This document shows, in pieces, positions 58,018 through 64,000 of a DNA stretch of 64,000 bases. Every line of letters begins with the position of its first letter. Positions within the stretch are counted from its first letter, which is position 1. The stretch is from Trueperaceae bacterium (GTDB lineage Bacteria > Deinococcota > Deinococci > Deinococcales > Trueperaceae): assembly GCA_965214405.1 (NCBI GenBank), contig OZ243956.1, positions 928,001 to 992,000 on the forward strand, given 5' to 3'. The position numbers were made by a program, and so were the translations under genes. The notes beneath the pieces were generated by a model. That model had not been told where the DNA came from. It saw nothing but the letters and a program-made list of their open reading frames with translations, and made no database searches.

Positions 58018-59465
58018 AGTGCGCCAGAAGCGTCTTTTGTGTGGTCGCGGCGGCGCTACTGCTAACGGGGCCTGTAATGTTTTCTTCTATAGCCCCTTTC
58101 TCAGTCGCTCGAGCCCAAGAGAGCGAGACCACGCGCCAGTTAGACGCGGACGCGGCGCACTACCGTGAGCTTTTGGAGGCGCAGCGGGCGGAGCAGGCGC
58201 GCTTAGAGGCGTTTTTGGGCGAGCTTTCCGGAGAACTCGAGGCGCGGTTTGCGGAACGCGACCAGGCGGGGCAAGACCTGCTGGCGTTGCGCGGCGAGCG
58301 TGAGACGGTGCGGGGTAATATTGCCGCGTTAGAGGCGGAACTGTTTGATAAGCGCGCGCAGGTAGAAGCGTTGAGCACTCAGCAGGCCGCGCTTCAAACG
58401 AGGGTCCAGGCGCTCCTGGTCAGTCTCTACAAGGGCCGGGCCAACCGTTTTGCGGGGGCGCTTTTTCGTACGGAGTCGTTTCACGATCTCGAGGTGAGAA
58501 ACCATTATCTTTCGCTCCTCAGCGACCAGGACGCGGCGCTCCTTGAGGACCTGAGCGCTTCGGTGGCGGCTTTAGAAACCGCCCAAAACGACCTCACCGC
58601 GAAACTCGACGACCTGAACGCGCAAGAGGCGGCGCTGCTCGAGACCGAAACCCAACTCACCGCCAAACGCGCCGAGTTGGAGGGCGTGGTGGCAGCTTTA
58701 GAAGAGAACCGCGAGGGTCAGCAGGCGCTTCGCTTGGAGAATTTGAGAGAGCAAGAGAGCCTCGACAGCAGCATCACCGCGGCCTTGGCGAGGCGTGACG
58801 AAGAGGTGAACCGGCTCGTCAGAGAGGAAGAGGCGCGCAAGGCGCGCGCCGTGGAGGAGGCGCGGCGGCAGCAAGAGGAGGCGGAGCGGCGGGCTGAAGA
58901 GGCTGCCAGAGCCGCCGAGGCCGCCGCCGCTGAAGCCAGGGCCGCCGCCGAGGCCGAAGCGAGGGAGGCCGAAGAGGCCGCCGAAGCCGCCAGGGCCGCC
59001 GCCCGCGCCGCGGAAGAGGCATCTGTAGAAACACCCGCCAGCACTGCCCGCGCCCCCGACACCTCCTCAGCGCCCGAGGGCGAGGCCGTCTCCCCTTTTC
59101 CCAACCCCCGCTTATTAAACCGCTACGGCGAAGCGGGGGGAACGTCGGTCACGCTGCAAGCCGAGCAGGACGGGGCGGCAGTCCAAGCGGTACTTCCGGG
59201 CGAGGTGGTGACGTCACAGTTTTTTTCGGCCAACTCGGGTTACATGGTCATGATTGAACACGGCCCCGACCTTTTCACCGTCTATAAAAACCTGCAAACC
59301 CCCCTCGTCAAGGTGGGCGATCAGGTCGAGCGAGAACAGGTCATCGGCTACTTGGGCGGCGGCACACTTGCGCGGCCTGACACGCTCGAGTTCCTCGTCG
59401 GCGTGCCCCACGGCAACGGCTCTTTTAATTGGATAGACCCCGCCCCGCTCCTGGGATTTCGCTAG
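58014..59465 (+). CDS. EnvC-like murein hydrolase activator
   Basis: Signal peptide, long coiled coil, degenerate M23/LytM domain lacking the Zn-binding His residues; overlaps ftsX. Confidence 0.8.
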   Translation: MKCARSVFCVVAAALLLTGPVMFSSIAPFSVARAQESETTRQLDADAAHYRELLEAQRAEQARLEAFLGELSGELEARFAERDQAGQDLLALRGERETVRGNIAALEAELFDKRAQVEALSTQQAALQTRVQALLVSLYKGRANRFAGALFRTESFHDLEVRNHYLSLLSDQDAALLEDLSASVAALETAQNDLTAKLDDLNAQEAALLETETQLTAKRAELEGVVAALEENREGQQALRLENLREQESLDSSITAALARRDEEVNRLVREEEARKARAVEEARRQQEEAERRAEEAARAAEAAAAEARAAAEAEAREAEEAAEAARAAARAAEEASVETPASTARAPDTSSAPEGEAVSPFPNPRLLNRYGEAGGTSVTLQAEQDGAAVQAVLPGEVVTSQFFSANSGYMVMIEHGPDLFTVYKNLQTPLVKVGDQVEREQVIGYLGGGTLARPDTLEFLVGVPHGNGSFNWIDPAPLLGFR

Positions 59466-59628
59466 GGGGCTCGAGTGTCTTCTCAGAGGTACGCGACGTT
59501 TTTGGGTACCCGCGAGACGTATAGTATTGCCTTGCGCCTCACCAGCTATCACATTACACTGACACTCGAGGCTTACACTAACGTCGCGTCGGACCCCTTA
59601 TGCCGAGACTACCCGCCCCTATGAAACC

Positions 59629-61899
59629 ATGACCTGCCCCTCCTGCCACGCCGCTACCCCGCCCAATACGCGCTTTTGCGGCATGTGCGGCGCGCCCCTG
59701 GCAAAGCACCCCGTGGAGCGCGAGCGGCGGCGGGTGAGCATGGTGTTTATCGACCTGGCGGGCTTTACCACCCTGACGCACGGCTTCGACCCCGAAGAAC
59801 TCCGCGACCTGGCCGACGAAATCCTCACGGTTATCGCGGGCATTATCGAAGATTACGACGGTCACGTCGACGCGTTTCAGGGCGACGGGTTAACGGCGCT
59901 TTTCGGCGCGCCGCGCTCGCACCCCGACGACCCCAAGCGGGCGGTGCTGGCCGCGGCGGCGGGGCTTAGGGCTATCGAGGCCATCGGGCGGAGCAAGGGC
60001 TACACGCTTAGAGGGCGCGCGGGCGTCAATACGGGCGTCGTTATCGCGGGGTCGGTGGGGTTGGGCCGCGTAAAGGACTATACCGTCATGGGTAGCGCGG
60101 TCAATTTAGCAGCGCGCTTAGAGGCCGCCGCGACGCCCGGCTCGGTGCTGGTGGGGGCCGAGACCTACGAGGCCACGCGTCACGCCTTGCGCTTTGCCGA
60201 GAGCCCGCCCCTCAAGCTCGCGGGCTTTCCCGACGTGACGCGCGCCTTTGAACTCGTCTCGACGGACTATCCGGCGCAAACGGACCCCAACGCCGGACTC
60301 GTCTTTGTCGGGAGAGAACGCGAACTGAGTCGATTAAAAGAAGCTTACGCGCAGGTGAGCGCGTCGGGGCGTCCCCAGCAACTCTGGCTCGTCGGCGAGG
60401 CGGGCAGCGGTAAAACGCGTCTCCTCAGGGAGTTTGTGGACGCGCTCGCTAAGCCGGAAGCCCTGTCGCCGGGAACCTTGTCGCCGGGAACCGTGTTGCC
60501 GGGAACCCTGTCGCCGGAAGCCCCATTGGCAGAAACCTTGTCGCCGGAACCCGGCCGGAGTACGCCCGTTTGGCTCCGCGAGCAGCCCGCCTTGGACGGC
60601 CGGAGCCCTCAATGGACGCAGCTCGCCGAGCAACTGTTCGGCCTCCTGCCCGCCGAGGACGAACACCTCAAGCGGCAGCGCGTGCTCGAGTATTTCAAAA
60701 CTCGCCTCAAAAATCTCAAAGACCGCGGTGAAGAGGGTGACGCGACCTGGCAAAAGAGCATCCTCGACAGCTTGGGTCTGGTCGAGCGCGACCGCCGCAA
60801 GGGGTCCCGCCCGCGCGCCCACGGCACCTACGCGCTCGCCTGGGTCCGCTTGCTTCGCCACGTCGCGTCGTCTGGCGCGTCGCCCCTCGTGGTGGTGGCG
60901 GACGTTCACTCGAGCAACCCCGGCCTAGAAGAGTTTTTCGGCGGCCTCCTGCGGAGCCGCGGTCCCGTGCTCATCTTGCGCACCAGCCGAACGCGCGAGG
61001 GAACCGCGTCCACCCAGACCCAGTCGCCGACGCACACGCTGGCGCTGACCCCGTTAAGTTTGAGCGAAAGCCAGGCACTTCTAGAGCAAGTTGCGAGCCC
61101 TCTACTCGCCCCCGCCACCCGCTCGCTGGTGACGCAGGCGGGCGGCGTCCCGGCGTATATTTTGGAATTGGGCCGCGCCCTGAGCATCACCCCGACGGGA
61201 TCTTTTTCGGGCTCGCTCACCTCTTTGTTACAGGCCAGACTGGATATGCTCCCGCCGCCCTCGAGGCGGCTTCTCGCCTACGTCGCCTCGACCGGCGAGC
61301 GCTGCTGGGAGGGCCTGGCGATTCACTTGGCAAACGGGCAACTCGCGGGAGGAGACGGGCGGGCGGCGCTAGACGCGCTCGTCGAGGCGGGTTTATTAAC
61401 CGAGGAGGGGGCCTCGAGCCTGCCCGGTGAGGTCGAGTACCGCTTTCAGAGCGAACTCTTGCGCTCTGCCGCAGAACGCCTCACGCCCTACGGCGACCGG
61501 GGCGCGCTGCACCGCCGCGTCGCGCTGTGGTTGGAGCAGCGCGCGCCCCTAGAGCTCTCCAAGCTCATCGGTCACCACTTCGAAAAGGCGGGGATGCTCG
61601 AGGCCGCCTATCCCCACTACTTAGCCGCCGCCGACTCCGCGGTCACGGCGCACAACTTAGACGCCGCTTTTGAAATTTTCGAGCACCTGCTCGCTTTGGA
61701 CCTTACGCCCACGCTCCGGGCGCAAGGCGCGCTCGCCTACGCGCAGGCGGCGCTGGGGGCGGGCGACCCGAAGCGTGCGCACGTCCAACTGAGCGCGGCC
61801 AGAGGAGGGCTCGAGCACCTCCCGGAAACGGCAGGCGAGCTAAAAAGCGTCTACGAAAAGCTCCGCGGGGAAGTCGCGCGCCTGCTGACGCCTACCTGA
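59629..61899 (+). CDS. Zinc ribbon + class III nucleotide cyclase + AAA ATPase protein
   Basis: CxxC...CxxC, FIDLAGFT, QGDG, VNLAARL, FVGRERE, GEAGSGKT. Confidence 0.88.
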   Translation: MTCPSCHAATPPNTRFCGMCGAPLAKHPVERERRRVSMVFIDLAGFTTLTHGFDPEELRDLADEILTVIAGIIEDYDGHVDAFQGDGLTALFGAPRSHPDDPKRAVLAAAAGLRAIEAIGRSKGYTLRGRAGVNTGVVIAGSVGLGRVKDYTVMGSAVNLAARLEAAATPGSVLVGAETYEATRHALRFAESPPLKLAGFPDVTRAFELVSTDYPAQTDPNAGLVFVGRERELSRLKEAYAQVSASGRPQQLWLVGEAGSGKTRLLREFVDALAKPEALSPGTLSPGTVLPGTLSPEAPLAETLSPEPGRSTPVWLREQPALDGRSPQWTQLAEQLFGLLPAEDEHLKRQRVLEYFKTRLKNLKDRGEEGDATWQKSILDSLGLVERDRRKGSRPRAHGTYALAWVRLLRHVASSGASPLVVVADVHSSNPGLEEFFGGLLRSRGPVLILRTSRTREGTASTQTQSPTHTLALTPLSLSESQALLEQVASPLLAPATRSLVTQAGGVPAYILELGRALSITPTGSFSGSLTSLLQARLDMLPPPSRRLLAYVASTGERCWEGLAIHLANGQLAGGDGRAALDALVEAGLLTEEGASSLPGEVEYRFQSELLRSAAERLTPYGDRGALHRRVALWLEQRAPLELSKLIGHHFEKAGMLEAAYPHYLAAADSAVTAHNLDAAFEIFEHLLALDLTPTLRAQGALAYAQAALGAGDPKRAHVQLSAARGGLEHLPETAGELKSVYEKLRGEVARLLTPT

Positions 61900-62016
61900 G
61901 TTTTTATCGTTCTTACTGCTCACCTCCTCACCGCCCACCTCCTCACCACCCACCTCGCCATTCACGTCGGTAGATAGAAAAAGTGCAGGGGGAGCGGCAA
62001 GATACCTTCAGAAAAT

Positions 62017-62832
62017 TCAAGAGGTCTCGGCGAATACCACGAACCACTCCTTGAAACTCGGCTCGACCTCGAGCAGCGCGCCCGCCACGTCGCCGCGGCT
62101 ACGGGCACCCGCGGCGCGCATGGCGAGGGGAAAGTCCCAGCCGCGCGTTCGCGCGAGTTCGGCGGCGCGCAGCGTGAACACGCCCTGAAACCAGAGCAGG
62201 TTGTCAAAAGACAGGCGCACCCGCGGGTACTCGAACGCGCCCAAGTCGGCGCGGTTTGCGGCGCTGCCCGCGACTTGGACCCTCGCCCACTGGGCAAAGC
62301 GCGCGAGCACGTCCTCCGCCCCCGCCTCACGCAACGCGAGCAGAAACAAATAGGTCGCCATAAACTCGTCGAGCCATTTGACCCGGAAACGCAGCCCCGA
62401 GAGATTGGCCGCCGCGTGCCCCCACTCGTGACCGATGAGCAGGTCCAAAAACTCGCGCACGTCGCCCGGCGCGCGTTCGCCCGCCCCAGCCGCGCGCAAG
62501 AGCACGTCGTCAAAGCGGCGCAAGAGGCGCGGCGGATAGTCCGCCGCCGCGACGATGCTCACGCCCGCGCCCTTGGGTTTGCTGCGGGTAAAGGGCAGGC
62601 CGTAAGGATACGAAAAGAGCCGCCGCCAGTCCCCCGAGCCAATCACGAGGAGTTCTGCGCCCTGGAGCGGTCCCAGAGGGGTCGCGGCCTCAGACAGACC
62701 CTTCAAAAAACCCTGCAACTGCCCCGCGCGTCGGCGCGCCCCGCCGGAAAACCGCGCCGCCAGCACCGGGTCGGGCAGCTCCTGCAAATACACCTTGCGC
62801 TCAAAAGGGTCGCTCACGCCCCAGTGTTGCAT
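62017..62832 (-). CDS. Hypothetical protein with HExxH zincin motif
   Basis: IGHEWGH followed by WLDEFMA; start placed at MQHWG. Confidence 0.7.
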   Translation of the reverse strand: MQHWGVSDPFERKVYLQELPDPVLAARFSGGARRRAGQLQGFLKGLSEAATPLGPLQGAELLVIGSGDWRRLFSYPYGLPFTRSKPKGAGVSIVAAADYPPRLLRRFDDVLLRAAGAGERAPGDVREFLDLLIGHEWGHAAANLSGLRFRVKWLDEFMATYLFLLALREAGAEDVLARFAQWARVQVAGSAANRADLGAFEYPRVRLSFDNLLWFQGVFTLRAAELARTRGWDFPLAMRAAGARSRGDVAGALLEVEPSFKEWFVVFAETS

Positions 62833-63113
62833 ACTTGCGTGTGACGTATCCGAATGTTCCCCGTCCGCTTCACATCCTGCCCCTTGTTTCCCCGCGTCTC
62901 CCGTACGCGCAAGCTCTTCTCGAGTCTTTTTGGGAGCGCTCAAGGCGGTAAAAACCCAGCACCGAGTCGAAGATAATCTCAGGCCTCGGTACCGGGTACT
63001 CGGCACGTTTCCAGCAAAGCAGAAAAGCGTTTGCCGGTTTGAACTCGACAAAAGCCTGCCATGCGCGTTGCGGCACAACCAAAATGAGTAAAAGGATGTA
63101 TAACGTGTAAATC

Positions 63114-64000
63114 ATGCTCATCCCTCTTCACAAGGTTCAGGAGGCGCGCGCGCGACTTGCACCCTACCTTGAGCCCTCCCCAGTCAAGTTTTCCGAACAT
63201 TACAGCGAGCACCTGGACGCGCGGGTGGTGTGTAAGCTCGAGCTCCTTTTGCCCACCCACGCCTTTAAGGTGCGGGGCGCGCTCAATGCGCTGCTGAGTC
63301 TGCCCGAGAGGCAACGCGCGCGGGGCGTCGTCACCGCCTCGGCGGGGAACCACGGCTCAGGGCTCGCTTACGCGGGCGCGCGGACGGGCACGGGGGTGAC
63401 GGTCGTGCTCCCCATAAACACGCCGCAGGTTCGCATCGACGCCATCCGGGCGTTGGGGGGCGACGTTATCGTTTGCGGCGAAGACTGGAACGAGGCGAAC
63501 GCGCTCGCGCTCACGCTCACCGAGGCTCGAGGCTTGGTTTACGTGAGCCCCTTTGACGACCCCGCCGTCATGGCGGGTCAGGGCACGGTTGGGCTGGAGC
63601 TGCTCGAGCAGGTGCCCGACCTAGACATGGTCGTCGTGTCGGTCGGCGGCGGCGGGCTCATCTCGGGCGTCGCCTCGGCGATAAAAGCGATCAAGCCTGC
63701 CGTGCGTATGATCGGCGTCGAGACGGAGGGCGCGGACTGCATGGCGCAGTCCTTAAAGGCAGGCCACCTTGTTGAATTACCCCGCTTCGGCTCGATTGCC
63801 CAAAGTTTAGGCACCAAACGCTCCACCGACCGCCCCTTCGAAATCGTCCGCGAGCTCGTCGAGCGCGTCGAGGTCGTGTCCGACGAGGCCGCGCTGCGCG
63901 ACCTTCTCACGCTCCTCAACACCGAAAAGCTCCTCGTCGAGCCCGCCGCCTCTTGTACCCTGTCGGTCCTAACCGCGGGCCTCGTCCCCGACCTGCGCGG
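63114..64000 (+). CDS. PLP-dependent serine/threonine dehydratase, truncated by window edge
   Basis: Manual translation MLIPLHKVQEARARL...AFKVRGA, TASAGNHG, GQGTVGLE, VGGGGL, VEPAA. Confidence 0.9.
   Translation, partial: MLIPLHKVQEARARLAPYLEPSPVKFSEHYSEHLDARVVCKLELLLPTHAFKVRGALNALLSLPERQRARGVVTASAGNHGSGLAYAGARTGTGVTVVLPINTPQVRIDAIRALGGDVIVCGEDWNEANALALTLTEARGLVYVSPFDDPAVMAGQGTVGLELLEQVPDLDMVVVSVGGGGLISGVASAIKAIKPAVRMIGVETEGADCMAQSLKAGHLVELPRFGSIAQSLGTKRSTDRPFEIVRELVERVEVVSDEAALRDLLTLLNTEKLLVEPAASCTLSVLTAGLVPDLR

Noticed and set aside
58830..59020. GCC/GAG-rich repetitive DNA
   Set aside because: Encodes the Ala/Glu/Arg coiled-coil linker usual in EnvC-like proteins.
1..64000. tRNA, rRNA, riboswitch, transposase, integrase or prophage genes
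   Set aside because: No cloverleaf/T-loop signatures or such protein motifs were recognised by eye; a covariance-model scan would be needed to exclude small RNAs.

Overview
GC-rich bacterial chromosomal segment, most likely Deinococcota (Trueperaceae-like). The evidence for this is a Taq-type PolA, rpmH-rnpA-yidD-yidC-jag not linked to dnaA, a solitary gatA and very frequent CTCGAG. Left to right: a sulfatase and its maturation enzyme FGE split by a VapBC-type TA pair; a sugar-acid catabolic trio (RraA-like aldolase, SDR, uxuA); polA; a ~16 kb accessory region (three GGDEF proteins, an S8 lipoprotein protease, a decayed regulator, a 127-bp MITE-like element, and an algF-algI-algJ O-acetylation operon extended by two paralogous secreted lipases); peptidases and hydrolases; a partial phenylacetate cluster (thiolase, paaK, thioesterase, paaZ) interleaved with a SHOCT/two-component module and a Uma2 gene; hemW; the large NAD-glutamate dehydrogenase; lspA; a baeRF / queuosine-salvage (DUF2419) / NUDIX / prmC run; the rpmH cluster; gatA; an HxlR regulator; ftsX-envC-like; a class III cyclase-AAA protein; an HExxH protein; and a partial Ser/Thr dehydratase. 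No rRNA, tRNA, CRISPR array or transposase was seen. Best leads are the algFIJ+twin-lipase operon, CTCGAG over-representation, the MITE, a dispersed relic of the Uma2 5' region, the DUF2419-NUDIX-prmC coupling and a nested in-frame repeat in hemW. All calls are from motif reading by eye; no database searches were run.
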